A stretch of DNA of 64,000 nucleotides from an uncultured virus (IMG/VR IMGVR_UViG_3300010885_088079) (lineage: Duplodnaviria > Heunggongvirae > Uroviricota > Caudoviricetes). Where the stretch lies: IMG/VR virus record IMGVR_UViG_3300010885_088079; one strand, written 5' to 3'. Below the pieces are notes generated by a model. The model ran no database searches. It had not been told where the DNA came from and worked only from the letters and a program-made list of their open reading frames with translations. The position numbers and the translations under genes are program-made. This document shows, piece after piece, positions 1-9,410 of this stretch. The first letter of the stretch is position 1; every line of letters starts with the position of its first letter.

Positions 1-1
1 A

Positions 2-1438
2 GACCAAAATGGTGACGGTTGCATAAACCATGTTCAATATGAGTCTGGACAGATTGATATAGGAGCTCCACCTTGCGATTTAGTAGAAAGATACTTCTGG
101 ACAGGAAGTGCGGGATCGGGGGGTTCATGGAACGCGTCCAATTGGTACTCTGATGCTGCCCATACAGTTTCGACGTCGGCACCAGATCAGTATACAGGTT
201 TAGTTGTAGTAGATTCTCCTTTAACTCACACTAGTAGTATAACACCACCTACAATTCTAAACTTGGTTGTAAACGCTGAGCTCGCGATAGGTTTAACGGT
301 TAATGGCACAGCTAACTTCAACAACAACGCATTACTTTCTGGCGACGGAGCAAACTATGGAAAATTATACATGATAAACAATCCTGTTGTCTTTAACGAT
401 AGTTCAAAGTGCGTTTCTATAGTGACCAACGATTACCCTATAGTCGGTGACGCAATATTTAACGACAACGCAGTGTGTCAAGGCACTGTATCGGGAAATG
501 CAACCTTTAACAACGATGCCTCGCTATCGAACGAACACGGAGATAACTTTTATGGCATAATAAATGGTAACGCTACATTTAATAACAACTCTATTATGAA
601 CGGAAGAGTTAAAGGAAATGCAACATTTAATGACAATTCATGTGCAGGTTTTGGTGGTAACAACGGTGGTGAGCCTTGGATAGGCGGTGTAATAGAAGGA
701 GACGCAACATTTAACAACAGCTCTGCTGCTGGGACGTATAATGGCGGAGTTAGTGACGTAAATTATGTAACTGTTAATCAAAATGCAACCTTCAACGATA
801 CCTCTGTTTTTAATTACGGTACAGTTCAAGGTAATGCAACATTTAATAACAGCTCTCGCATTGGACGAGACTTTGAGGTAGGAAATTGTGGAGTAGTAGC
901 AGGAAACGCTACTTTTAATGATTCTGCAATAAACTTAGGACAAGTTAATGGAAACGTTACATTTAATTATTTGACTTCGAACGAATATGGTGTTGCGGTA
1001 GATGTTACTGGCTATGCAAACGGAAGTGTTGGAGGACTAACTTATGTTAATAATGCTGGTGGTGGGGATGCAGAGATTACTACTTGGGAGTTTCGTAATA
1101 CATCAAACATTGGAATCGTTACAGGAGCGGCTCGGTTTTACACCTACAATAACAACCATGGCTTTACAAATGGAATAACCTCATTCTATGATAATTCAAA
1201 AAATTATAGAGACAACAACGTTCGTTACCTTGGAGGAGTTGTTAACGGAAATGCTACTTTCTATGATAATTCTGTTAACTACGACGGAACTTCAATTGTT
1301 AATGGTAACGCTATATTTAATGGCACATCAGTTAACGAGGGAACTATCAACGGAAATGCTACCTTTAATAATGCGTCCAATAATATAGGAACCGTTTCAG
1401 GAACAGTAACCTGTAATACTACAGGTACATGTAGTTAA
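2..1438 (+). CDS. 5'-truncated Asn/Gly-rich repeat protein (GNATFNxxS beta-solenoid repeats); probable tail fibre or adhesin
   Basis: The frame is open from nt 2 (DQNGDGC...YFWTGSAGSGGSWNASNW...), so the start lies outside the window. More than 10 copies of GNATFN(D/N)xS. Confidence 0.7.
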   Translation, partial: DQNGDGCINHVQYESGQIDIGAPPCDLVERYFWTGSAGSGGSWNASNWYSDAAHTVSTSAPDQYTGLVVVDSPLTHTSSITPPTILNLVVNAELAIGLTVNGTANFNNNALLSGDGANYGKLYMINNPVVFNDSSKCVSIVTNDYPIVGDAIFNDNAVCQGTVSGNATFNNDASLSNEHGDNFYGIINGNATFNNNSIMNGRVKGNATFNDNSCAGFGGNNGGEPWIGGVIEGDATFNNSSAAGTYNGGVSDVNYVTVNQNATFNDTSVFNYGTVQGNATFNNSSRIGRDFEVGNCGVVAGNATFNDSAINLGQVNGNVTFNYLTSNEYGVAVDVTGYANGSVGGLTYVNNAGGGDAEITTWEFRNTSNIGIVTGAARFYTYNNNHGFTNGITSFYDNSKNYRDNNVRYLGGVVNGNATFYDNSVNYDGTSIVNGNAIFNGTSVNEGTINGNATFNNASNNIGTVSGTVTCNTTGTCS

Positions 1439-1445
1439 AAATAGA

Positions 1446-1709
1446 TTAAGACCTACGATATCTCTTTTTAGATATTTTGTGGGAGGTCATAGTTGTTCCT
1501 GTTATGGGGGACACATGGGTTGGACCTACGTAAACGTAGCTAGAAGACTTGTCGCCGTTAAAAGCTATGAGAGCTCCGTTTCCGTCTGGGTGCATCCCCA
1601 TGAACGTACCGACTCCCCTCTCGCCCAATTTAATTTTCTTTCCTTCTTTAGTGAGATAGTAAGGTCCGCCAGAAACCCTTACCTTATCTCCCTCTTTAAG
1701 TCTTTTCAT
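1446..1709 (-). CDS. hypothetical protein (KOW/SH3-like start, LKEGDKVRV)
   Basis: 87-aa ORF overlapping the end of the upstream gene. Confidence 0.6.
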   Translation of the reverse strand: MKRLKEGDKVRVSGGPYYLTKEGKKIKLGERGVGTFMGMHPDGNGALIAFNGDKSSSYVYVGPTHVSPITGTTMTSHKISKKRYRRS

Positions 1710-2376
1710 TTATAAAATCTTCGAAAAGTGGACTTAAAAACTTTCTTAGTTCAAAGCCAAATCCAAAAAACTTAATGCAAAAAACATTATCGTGATGACT
1801 AAAGCTGAACTTAAAACCAAAGTCAAAGTTTTCTAGCATTAGTCCATAAGAATAGCAACCTCTAAAATCTCTTTTTCTAAGAAGTATCAATTTGGGCGAG
1901 TACAAAGAAATTATAGTGTTATCTTTTTCGAAGACACCAAGCCATTTAGACTTCAACCCAATAAAGCGGACAAAGAATGATTGCAGTCTTAAAAAAATAT
2001 TTTTTCTTCTTTTCTCTTCCCTATCCTTCAAAATCTTAAATTTTTCTTTTGTGCTTTCATGAAAAAACTTTTGGAATCTATGTAATTTAACTTCTACTAA
2101 GGTACCGTCTGTGTATTTTGCTCTAAAATCGATCAAGTAATCAATTAAGTCAGTTGTGTAATACGCACCAAAGTCTAGGACTCCATGAAACTGCTTATTG
2201 ACTAGTTTGCCGTCTTCTAGCAAGTACAATCCATCTTTTTTAAGAATGTAATCAGAAAGGCAGTTTTCTAAACATTTTGTTTGGAATTCAAGTTCAGAAA
2301 AATCGAAATTTCCAAAATCGTTAGGATAAGGAAGAGCAATTTCCTTGTGGACTTCTATTCGATCAAACATACCCAT
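1696..2376 (-). CDS. conserved phage hypothetical protein (MGMFD...FQTK.L)
   Basis: 226-aa ORF with SD GAGGA and an upstream sigma70-like promoter. Confidence 0.7.
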   Translation of the reverse strand: MGMFDRIEVHKEIALPYPNDFGNFDFSELEFQTKCLENCLSDYILKKDGLYLLEDGKLVNKQFHGVLDFGAYYTTDLIDYLIDFRAKYTDGTLVEVKLHRFQKFFHESTKEKFKILKDREEKRRKNIFLRLQSFFVRFIGLKSKWLGVFEKDNTIISLYSPKLILLRKRDFRGCYSYGLMLENFDFGFKFSFSHHDNVFCIKFFGFGFELRKFLSPLFEDFINEKT

Positions 2377-2397
2377 AAAAGAATCCTCTTAAAAAGT

Positions 2398-2425
2398 ATT
2401 TTAACATATAAAAGCCATGCGTCAA
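2398..2425 (-). promoter_or_regulatory. sigma70-like promoter
   Basis: TTGACG-16nt-TAAAAT with extended -10 TG, just upstream of the ATG at 2376. Confidence 0.55.
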
Positions 2426-2591
2426 ATGCTTTTTGAAAATAGGTAAAAGCCCGCAGACCAAGCAAGAGGAGGAACAAATAAAAGTTTGTATAATGAAGGT
2501 TGCCTTCTAACGTTCATCAAAAATAGAGTTTGGTCGTCATCTGTAAGGCCACATTCCATAAAAATAAGTAAAAAGTAGCTGATTGTCAAAC

Positions 2592-2626
2592 AAAAAAACC
2601 CCTGCCTTTTTAGGGCAGGGGTTTTT
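2592..2626. terminator. intrinsic terminator (possibly bidirectional)
   Basis: AAAAAAACCCCTGCC-loop-GGCAGGGGTTTTT, a GC stem with T-tracts on both strands. Confidence 0.85.
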
Positions 2627-2647
2627 GAGATCTAAAAATAGGTAGCT

Positions 2648-3025
2648 TTACTCTTTTTTAGACGCAACAGCCGAAACAAAATCCTTCATATCCATGGAAC
2701 CCTTAACGTAATCCATTGAGTTTGGAAAAGAGCGTCTAGCCTTTGTAACATAAGAATCGGAATCATTAGACTCGTAGGAGTCATCAGACTGCTCGTCCAT
2801 ATGCTGCGATAGTCTTTCAAACTGCCTGTTGTCTAATTGGTCAATGAGATGAGTCATCGCAGAAGCGAGTCTATGGCCCAAGGCCATAAGCTGTTTGTCT
2901 TCTGTTCTCGATGCCTTAATAAGTTCACCAAGTCTCATTGCAACATGAACTTCGATGTTGACGTTGCAACAAAGATCTACCTTAAAGGGCGGATTAACGT
3001 TAGGTCTGGGTTCAAAGTGGGACAT
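2648..3025 (-). CDS. hypothetical protein
   Basis: 125-aa ORF with SD GGAG, followed by a terminator. Confidence 0.7.
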   Translation of the reverse strand: MSHFEPRPNVNPPFKVDLCCNVNIEVHVAMRLGELIKASRTEDKQLMALGHRLASAMTHLIDQLDNRQFERLSQHMDEQSDDSYESNDSDSYVTKARRSFPNSMDYVKGSMDMKDFVSAVASKKE

Positions 3026-3092
3026 TTTAAATCTCCGATTCTAAATTGTGAAATTGAGTGTGAATTAACGAAGTAACAATAAAAGCAAGGAA

Positions 3093-3665
3093 CTAGAACA
3101 TAATATCACCCCCAGTTTCAAAAGATAAGTTGTGGTTCTCTCTAATTTTTTTAAGGCTTTTCTTGATTCTGTTGTATATCGTCACTCTTGTTGTATTGTA
3201 CTTTTTTGAAAGCTCGGCAACACTTCTTCCTGTGAGGTAGTGCTCCATAAGAATCATTCTGTCCTGAACGTCTCTAGGAGAGTCTTGAGAACATTCTGCC
3301 AAAAGAGTAGGAAGCAAATCAGTAGAGACAACATTGTTTGAACTAGGCTGGGGAAGGTTGTTTATATCTTCTTGGTCCATTGAAAAACAACCATGACATC
3401 TCTTCTTTCTTTTCGACCTTCTTACAAAATCTATGGCTTTGTTAAAAAGGTGAGAAGAAAGGTACTTATCAAAGGATGCTTTGGAGGGATTGAATCTTAA
3501 ACGGCAGGAGACCAGCTCTTGTGAAAGATATCCGTAGATTTCAGAGTCTCTAATGCTTCTTACGCGTTCGGAGTTAAACTTGTTCGATATTGCTTCGACC
3601 ATATAAAGGTAGTCTTCAACGTTTATATGGCTCTGTTCGTAACAGGGCTTTGGTTGGCAACTCAT
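3093..3665 (-). CDS. sigma-70 family (region 2 + region 4) RNA polymerase sigma factor-like protein
   Basis: Region 2-like RFNPSKASFDKYL...AIDFVRR; region 4 HTH GRSVAELSKKYNTTRVTIYNRIKKSLKKIR. Confidence 0.75.
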   Translation of the reverse strand: MSCQPKPCYEQSHINVEDYLYMVEAISNKFNSERVRSIRDSEIYGYLSQELVSCRLRFNPSKASFDKYLSSHLFNKAIDFVRRSKRKKRCHGCFSMDQEDINNLPQPSSNNVVSTDLLPTLLAECSQDSPRDVQDRMILMEHYLTGRSVAELSKKYNTTRVTIYNRIKKSLKKIRENHNLSFETGGDIMF

Positions 3666-3773
3666 TTTAGTATCCTGCTAAGACAATAGTAGCAGGACGC
3701 ATCGGGAAAAACAGGTGTAAAAAGTAATGAAGCAAGTTTTTATTACAAGTGCTTTTAAAACAAGGACTTATAA

Positions 3774-4523
3774 CTAACCAAGAAGTTTGTTTTCCATGTG
3801 ACATCTAATTTCACTGAAGCTCCAAGGGGTTCCAAATGGAACACCCTCTCTCTGGTTATCCACGCCAACATCGAGTGCAAAAAGTTTCTTTCGAAATATG
3901 CTAGAGATAGAGTTATATGCAGTGTTAATAGACGACTCATCAATAGATGGGCAGGAAGAACCAACCAAACTTTCTAGTGCATTTTTAAGAGCAGAAGACT
4001 CTGTGTCTGATAGAAGCCCATTATCTTGATGACATAATTGGTTGTGTACATGGCCATAAAGCATCCAGCTTCCATAAGAAGATCTATACCAAGATTTGCA
4101 AGGGTAGTGCATGGCAAATATATGCTGACCTTCTATGTGAAATACATATTGATCATATGTTGCCTTAAAAAAAGGTAAAAAAGTCTGTCTGTTATCGTGA
4201 TTTCCCCATATCAGATAAAGATTTTTACATCTTAACTTAGACACTAAATCACGAATTTGATCTTTAGGAGTAGAAGTCCAACAAAAGTCACCTAAAATTA
4301 CCAAGTTATCGGTTTCACAAACAACATTGTTTGTTGCTTCTATTATTGAGTTATTCATTCTATCTAAAGATTCTTGACTTATCTTAATGCTCTTTAAGGG
4401 TATTAAGCCTTTATAAGCAGATTCAATTAGCTCTTTTTCTTCGATGCTTGTGAAGGGTCGGTTACAGTACTTAATGATGTTAGAGTGGTTTAGATGCCAG
4501 TCAGAAGTAAAATACCATGCCAT
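3774..4523 (-). CDS. calcineurin-like metallophosphoesterase
   Basis: Motifs SDWH, LGDF, GNHD, HYP, GHVH, DVGVD. Confidence 0.9.
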   Translation of the reverse strand: MAWYFTSDWHLNHSNIIKYCNRPFTSIEEKELIESAYKGLIPLKSIKISQESLDRMNNSIIEATNNVVCETDNLVILGDFCWTSTPKDQIRDLVSKLRCKNLYLIWGNHDNRQTFLPFFKATYDQYVFHIEGQHIFAMHYPCKSWYRSSYGSWMLYGHVHNQLCHQDNGLLSDTESSALKNALESLVGSSCPSIDESSINTAYNSISSIFRKKLFALDVGVDNQREGVPFGTPWSFSEIRCHMENKLLG

Positions 4524-4589
4524 ATTGGAGTATAACAGAAAAAGGGTGCGTGTAAAATGGGTATTTTGACTAATTCAAAATTAGGATTG

Positions 4590-5633
4590 TTAAACCCACC
4601 AAGGGTTATCTAAAGTCCATCTAACGATCCTCTCTAAGCCCCTTAGAAAGGGCACAGGAGCAGTCCAGCCCATTTCCCTGAGTTTTGATCCATCAAGGGC
4701 ATATCGCTTATCGTAGCCCTTTCTAACAGACTCAGAAGAAACTATACGGTATTTAAGCTTCTTTCCCATAATTTCAGAAACAAGCTCCGCCATATCAAGG
4801 TTGCTTAATTCAACATCGCCAACAACGTTATATCTATCTGGCAATGGGTCTCCGTCTTCATAAGAGGAAAGCGGCTTGTCTGCCAACCAAACAAAAACGT
4901 CAGCATGGTTTTGAGCGTGCAAGTAGAACCTAGTACCTGTTTCGTAATGTCCTGACTGATTCTTTTCGCCGTAGATTTCCATTTCTTGGTTTGTTGCAAC
5001 TTTCCATATAATTTTAGGCAAAAACTTTTCTTTGTCTTGCCATTCGCCTATTGTATTCATCGTGTTGGTAATAACAACAGGAACACCGTATGTACGCCAG
5101 TAAGATATAGCAAGAGCTTCCTGTGCTGCTTTGGACGCAGAATATGGATTGGAAGGAATTATAGTGTCCCACTCAAAATGAGAGCTATTGGGAGGGCAAT
5201 CTCCATAAACCTCATCAGTAGAAACTTGAAAAAAAACCTTAGGTTTAACTTTTCTTGCAAATTCAAGAACGTTAAAAATTAAGTTGCAGTTATTGGACCA
5301 ACAAGAACCAGGATTTAAAACAGATCTTTCCACGGCAGAATCTGATGCCATGTTTATAACGTAATCTATTTTAGAGCTTAGCACCAAACCAGATGGATCG
5401 ATGGATCTTGCTAAAATCTTGTTTTCTAGAACCTCATCTAGTGGAACCGACAAATCATGATTTAAGATGCAAACCCTGTCTTTTGGAATATCAATTTCGG
5501 AAAGCCTGGAGTAAGTGCCTTTGTGACGAAAAGAGTCTATTGCCACAACAAACCAGTCGGTATTTTCAATAAAATACTTTAAGCAATGTGTTCCTATAAA
5601 GCCGCTGGCCCCTGTTAATAGCACTCTTTTCAT
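4590..5633 (-). CDS. NAD-dependent sugar epimerase/dehydratase (dTDP-glucose 4,6-dehydratase-like)
   Basis: GASGFIG Rossmann motif, STDEVYG, YSASK. Confidence 0.9.
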   Translation of the reverse strand: MKRVLLTGASGFIGTHCLKYFIENTDWFVVAIDSFRHKGTYSRLSEIDIPKDRVCILNHDLSVPLDEVLENKILARSIDPSGLVLSSKIDYVINMASDSAVERSVLNPGSCWSNNCNLIFNVLEFARKVKPKVFFQVSTDEVYGDCPPNSSHFEWDTIIPSNPYSASKAAQEALAISYWRTYGVPVVITNTMNTIGEWQDKEKFLPKIIWKVATNQEMEIYGEKNQSGHYETGTRFYLHAQNHADVFVWLADKPLSSYEDGDPLPDRYNVVGDVELSNLDMAELVSEIMGKKLKYRIVSSESVRKGYDKRYALDGSKLREMGWTAPVPFLRGLERIVRWTLDNPWWV

Positions 5634-5923
5634 AAAGACCTTTCAAGAGAAGATTGGGTTTGAACTCCTACAAGAGTTTCAAGAAGCTTAAAGTTTTTGA
5701 AGAATAGATAAGAAGGAGTTATTTTAACTTGATACTTCTCTGCGAATTCTTCATTGTCTTCTAAGTTAACTCTAAAAACGCAAACACCCCTATTGTGCTT
5801 TTGAAATTTTTCTAGATGTTCAACATCGAAGCAATCGCCACACCAAGCAGACCAAAACTGCAGGATGCAGACCTTGCCAGACTTTTGAAGTGAATCAAAC
5901 TTTTTTTTGTCAAAACTCTTCAT
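5630..5923 (-). CDS. thioredoxin-like protein
   Basis: FWSAWCGDC CxxC motif and cis-Pro TP; start set at ATG 5923. Confidence 0.8.
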   Translation of the reverse strand: MKSFDKKKFDSLQKSGKVCILQFWSAWCGDCFDVEHLEKFQKHNRGVCVFRVNLEDNEEFAEKYQVKITPSYLFFKNFKLLETLVGVQTQSSLERSL

Positions 5924-6506
5924 GATAAAGCCCAATAAACTTTTTATACCAATTCATGTAATCTTCTTCAATAGGAGCAAGAAAACCTTTTTTCCACGCA
6001 CCAAGCATATGGTCAAAAGAAGAAGAGGAAGTCAATTCAGAAAGAGAGGCAAGCCTTTCTGAGGGGGTTGCGGTGGGGTCTAAAGTTTCAAAAAGCTTTT
6101 TCTTTACAAAGGTTGATTGGTTTAAAAACAAACATTCATTTACAGAAACAAAAATTTCCCACGCAGATAATAAAGATTCACTATCATAAACAGGACGCAA
6201 CCCTTCTAAACTAGGTTTCCATTTGTAAAAGAATTCCTCATATTCAAACCAAGATTTTTCAACAAAAAAATGAGTCTTGTCTAAGTGTAAAAGATTTTGC
6301 GGAATAACGTTGTTATAAGGTGACCTTAAGCAAATTTTGTACATTCCAGGATGATGCGGATTAGAATTCCACACCACAGTCAAAACACACAATTTTGCGT
6401 TCCATTTTCTTTTGTCTGATTCAAAAATAATCAAAGATGAGGAAGTATGATAAGCTATTGGATAGCTTATTTTTTTACGAGATGCGTACTCTTCAAAAAC
6501 ATTCAT
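5910..6506 (-). CDS. hypothetical protein
   Basis: 198-aa ORF in operon-like packing. Confidence 0.6.
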   Translation of the reverse strand: MNVFEEYASRKKISYPIAYHTSSSLIIFESDKRKWNAKLCVLTVVWNSNPHHPGMYKICLRSPYNNVIPQNLLHLDKTHFFVEKSWFEYEEFFYKWKPSLEGLRPVYDSESLLSAWEIFVSVNECLFLNQSTFVKKKLFETLDPTATPSERLASLSELTSSSSFDHMLGAWKKGFLAPIEEDYMNWYKKFIGLYHEEF

Positions 6507-6715
6507 AGATCAAAATCTTGGAATAAGTAAGGATCGTTTGTGGTAATCCACCTGTATTCCTCTTCAGACCAAACTATTGGAAACTTCTTAGGAAATGAGT
6601 CGAGCATGTCAAAAAGCTCTGCGTCGTTCTTTGCTCGGCCTACACACCGATTAAAAACTAAAGGGTGCACATCATATCTTTGTCGAAGGCTTTCTACTAA
6701 GTCTTTAGTTAACAT
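6503..6715 (-). CDS. hypothetical protein
   Basis: 70 aa from ATG 6715 (MLTKDLV...). Confidence 0.6.
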   Translation of the reverse strand: MLTKDLVESLRQRYDVHPLVFNRCVGRAKNDAELFDMLDSFPKKFPIVWSEEEYRWITTNDPYLFQDFDL

Positions 6716-6968
6716 TTTTTGAAGAATACCAACGAAGAAAAGCAAAAAACACAACAGCTCCAATAACAGACATAAAAAGACCTGCGGGTCTAAAGTCCGA
6801 TAAAGTTCCGTACAGCGTATAGTTGACTAAACCTCCTACAAAGGAGCCGACCACGCCACCTATCAAAGAAGGGATAATCCCAACAGGGTCCTTTCCAGGA
6901 TGTATGTATTTTGCAACGATCCCTACTAAAAGACCGAACAAAATCCAGCCAAATAAATAAAACATCAA
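6705..6968 (-). CDS. GlsB/YeaQ/YmgE family (transglycosylase-associated) membrane protein
   Basis: GWILFGLLVGIVAKYIHPG...GVVGSFVGG...SVIGAVV, three TM segments. Confidence 0.85.
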   Translation of the reverse strand: MMFYLFGWILFGLLVGIVAKYIHPGKDPVGIIPSLIGGVVGSFVGGLVNYTLYGTLSDFRPAGLFMSVIGAVVFFAFLRWYSSKNVN

Positions 6969-7804
6969 TCAACTCCTTTCACAATAAAATAAAAGTCAGG
7001 AACCGTGTTAATCTTAGTTAACAAGTCATTGCAATACATTTTATATTTAGACTCAAAATCAGCCATGTCTTTGTATCCATAAACTTTACGAATATTGGAA
7101 TTAAAATCGGAACCATCTAAAAAAGACAACAGCTTAATTTGGCCAAGTTCTTTTCGAAGCATCAGGCAAAGAAGTAAAGACTGCGTATCGAAAGACTCTT
7201 TTTTGTCTTTAGATAAAGAGCCGTACTGTTCTGCTGTAAAAGAGAGAATGCTCTCACAAGAGAGGCCTAAGTCCTTTGTACGAAGTTTAGATTTAATAGA
7301 TGCCAAAGGGGAGTTCATTATCTCTGCCCCTCTAACAAACCAAACTGGTTTTGAAGATTGGGAGAAAAGTATGTGAGTTAAGTAAGGAGCAACCGATTCT
7401 TTGTTAAAAGATTCTAAGCTCAGCCAAATCACATTAATACTTATTGAACCATCCGTATTTCGTCTAACTTCTGCTTTAGAATCTTCTATGTTAAATAGTT
7501 TCTTTAATAAATGATTAGAGGGAACACAAAATATCCTGCACTCTTTCGATAGTGGTATGTCTTTTAACCCCCACCTACCTGTACACCATTTTGATACCAG
7601 GTCAATATTATCAATTAGCCATCTTCCTTGGCTTTCATCGATGCTAAGAACAACGTAATCGCCCTTTACATATCTGTTCCATTGCAAATTCTTAAGTTCA
7701 GGATCTTCATCTGCTACGGTAGAAGAAGATCCTTTGGGCGTAGCTTCTTGGGCAAAAGACTGTTGAAGGAGCAGAAAGCAAGCCAAAAAGTAAAATATTT
7801 TCAT
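6965..7804 (-). CDS. secreted protein with degenerate peptidase-MA-like domain
   Basis: Signal peptide ending SFA. PYLTH...PVWFVRGA aligns by eye to PHExxH...PxWxxEGxA. Confidence 0.55.
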   Translation of the reverse strand: MKIFYFLACFLLLQQSFAQEATPKGSSSTVADEDPELKNLQWNRYVKGDYVVLSIDESQGRWLIDNIDLVSKWCTGRWGLKDIPLSKECRIFCVPSNHLLKKLFNIEDSKAEVRRNTDGSISINVIWLSLESFNKESVAPYLTHILFSQSSKPVWFVRGAEIMNSPLASIKSKLRTKDLGLSCESILSFTAEQYGSLSKDKKESFDTQSLLLCLMLRKELGQIKLLSFLDGSDFNSNIRKVYGYKDMADFESKYKMYCNDLLTKINTVPDFYFIVKGVD

Positions 7805-7847
7805 AGTGATTCTCCTGCGTGTATTCTAGTAAATTGCATGGATAAAT

Positions 7848-8120
7848 TCAAGACTCTATAGATTCAAAAACGACCGGCTTCCTTCTAGAACCCCATCTTA
7901 TTTCTCTTAGATAGTCTCTCATTGCTCCAATTATTCTGAATTTAGCAAAAGACCTAAACCCATTATTTGGGTTTGATTTAAACTTGTTTGCTGCCTCTAC
8001 CAATCCAAGATAGGCTGCGGCTTGGAGTTCATCATAAGATACTAAATAAAACCTCTTTTTGAAATCAGCAGCCAATAGGTCAGCAAAGTATATATTGTCA
8101 ATAATTAAGTCATTTATCAT
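7848..8120 (-). CDS. short sigma-factor region-2-only protein (FliA/SigB-like region 2)
   Basis: YDELQAAAYLGLVEAANKF...FRSFAKFRIIGAMRDYLRE; ends at 90 aa with no region 4; SD AAGGAG. Confidence 0.75.
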   Translation of the reverse strand: MINDLIIDNIYFADLLAADFKKRFYLVSYDELQAAAYLGLVEAANKFKSNPNNGFRSFAKFRIIGAMRDYLREIRWGSRRKPVVFESIES

Positions 8121-8159
8121 AGTTCTCCTTAGTTAATTTTAGTTAAAGTTAGTAAAAGT

Positions 8160-9125
8160 TTACTTAGTATCTAGTGCCTGTTCATTCAAAAAAGACAACT
8201 TTTTTTTAGCCTTTTTTTTATAGAACTCTGGGGCGTTTAGGACCAAACGATTAAGCAACCAATTTCTAGTATCGAAAAGATCTTTGCTGAATATGAAGAA
8301 ATTGTTGTCCTTATGATTCAATCCAACAAATGAAAGAAAATCATCTATTGTGGAGCAAGGAACAAGATCGGAAGGCATAGGTTCATCTTTACAGCACTCT
8401 ATAAAGTTTAAAAAAAAGTAAAGCCAATTCTTTATCTCGTTATAATCTAGTGTTCCCTCTGGACATCTAAGCTCTAAGGTTCCTCTAGGGTTGCTTGCTT
8501 CTGGGAAAAGGACGTATTTTACATAGTTGACTAAATTCAAACAAACTCTTCTTTCTTCATTTTCAAACGTGGCTAAATTTTTAGGAGCAAATAAAACAAA
8601 AAGATCATGAGGCTTCCAAAGCTTAGACTTGTCAAAAGTTTTTAGCCCACAAAGAGACCTACAATATTTACTATTTCTCCTTTGAGGCGAAATCATGCTT
8701 TCAACCCAAGGTTCAATTTTTAACCATCTAGCCAATAAAATACCAGCATTGTTAATATCGAAGTCTTTTACTTCTGCGTGAATGTGGTATCCACAATTAG
8801 AGTTTGTTTTGCACCCAGACATAGACAACATTCTTCCGACAAAAGAAATGTGGTCTATGTCATCTAAACTCTCACCAACGTACGATGCAACTTCAACGCC
8901 CTTAGGACCGTTTTTGCCAAATATGCCGCAAGTTGAATCGTCTTTAACATGCCAGTAATTGTTGTTAGAACTTAACTTGTAACCAGTGCAAACAACAGGC
9001 TTGTCGGAAAAGCTTTTAATGATATTAGACACCCTAGATTTAGGAACGGTGTGACCCATTTCTAGCTCAACACCGAACCTCCTTTTAGACCTAAGATCTA
9101 AATATTTTACCGAAGTATATTTCAC
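8160..9125 (-). CDS. putative amidoligase (Amidoligase_2-like COOH-NH2 ligase)
   Basis: FGVELE, WHVKDDS, EVAS, CGYHIH, TLELR motifs. Confidence 0.8.
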   Translation of the reverse strand: MKYTSVKYLDLRSKRRFGVELEMGHTVPKSRVSNIIKSFSDKPVVCTGYKLSSNNNYWHVKDDSTCGIFGKNGPKGVEVASYVGESLDDIDHISFVGRMLSMSGCKTNSNCGYHIHAEVKDFDINNAGILLARWLKIEPWVESMISPQRRNSKYCRSLCGLKTFDKSKLWKPHDLFVLFAPKNLATFENEERRVCLNLVNYVKYVLFPEASNPRGTLELRCPEGTLDYNEIKNWLYFFLNFIECCKDEPMPSDLVPCSTIDDFLSFVGLNHKDNNFFIFSKDLFDTRNWLLNRLVLNAPEFYKKKAKKKLSFLNEQALDTK

Positions 9126-9385
9126 AATTCACCATCAGCACTCTGCCGTAGTCTTCTTGAAACAATTTCAACCTCTTCTTCGTATTTCTCATCCCATGTT
9201 TTAGGTTTTGCGTCTACTAATTCTTGTGAAACAGGATGCTGCTTTACACGTAAGGAATCAGCTAAAAAGCTCATTAAATCCAGCCTAAATCGCACTAAAA
9301 AAGCAGAAACAAAAAACAAAATGACCAAATTTGAAAAAGATAAAACAAAAAATAGGGATAAAACCCAATAACTTACGTTCACCAT
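9122..9385 (-). CDS. membrane protein, hypothetical
   Basis: N-terminal TM helix. Confidence 0.6.
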   Translation of the reverse strand: MVNVSYWVLSLFFVLSFSNLVILFFVSAFLVRFRLDLMSFLADSLRVKQHPVSQELVDAKPKTWDEKYEEEVEIVSRRLRQSADGEL

Positions 9386-9410
9386 AAAGTATAGACTCCT
9401 AAACTATATT

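Noticed and set aside
2..1438. DGR target or template suggested by abundant AAY codons
   Set aside because: No reverse transcriptase or adenine-variant TR/VR pair is seen in the window, and the protein repeat explains the Asn richness.
2422..2559. 45-aa minus-strand ORF (MECGLTDDDQ...)
   Set aside because: It is short, has no SD or recognisable motif, and cannot be supported.
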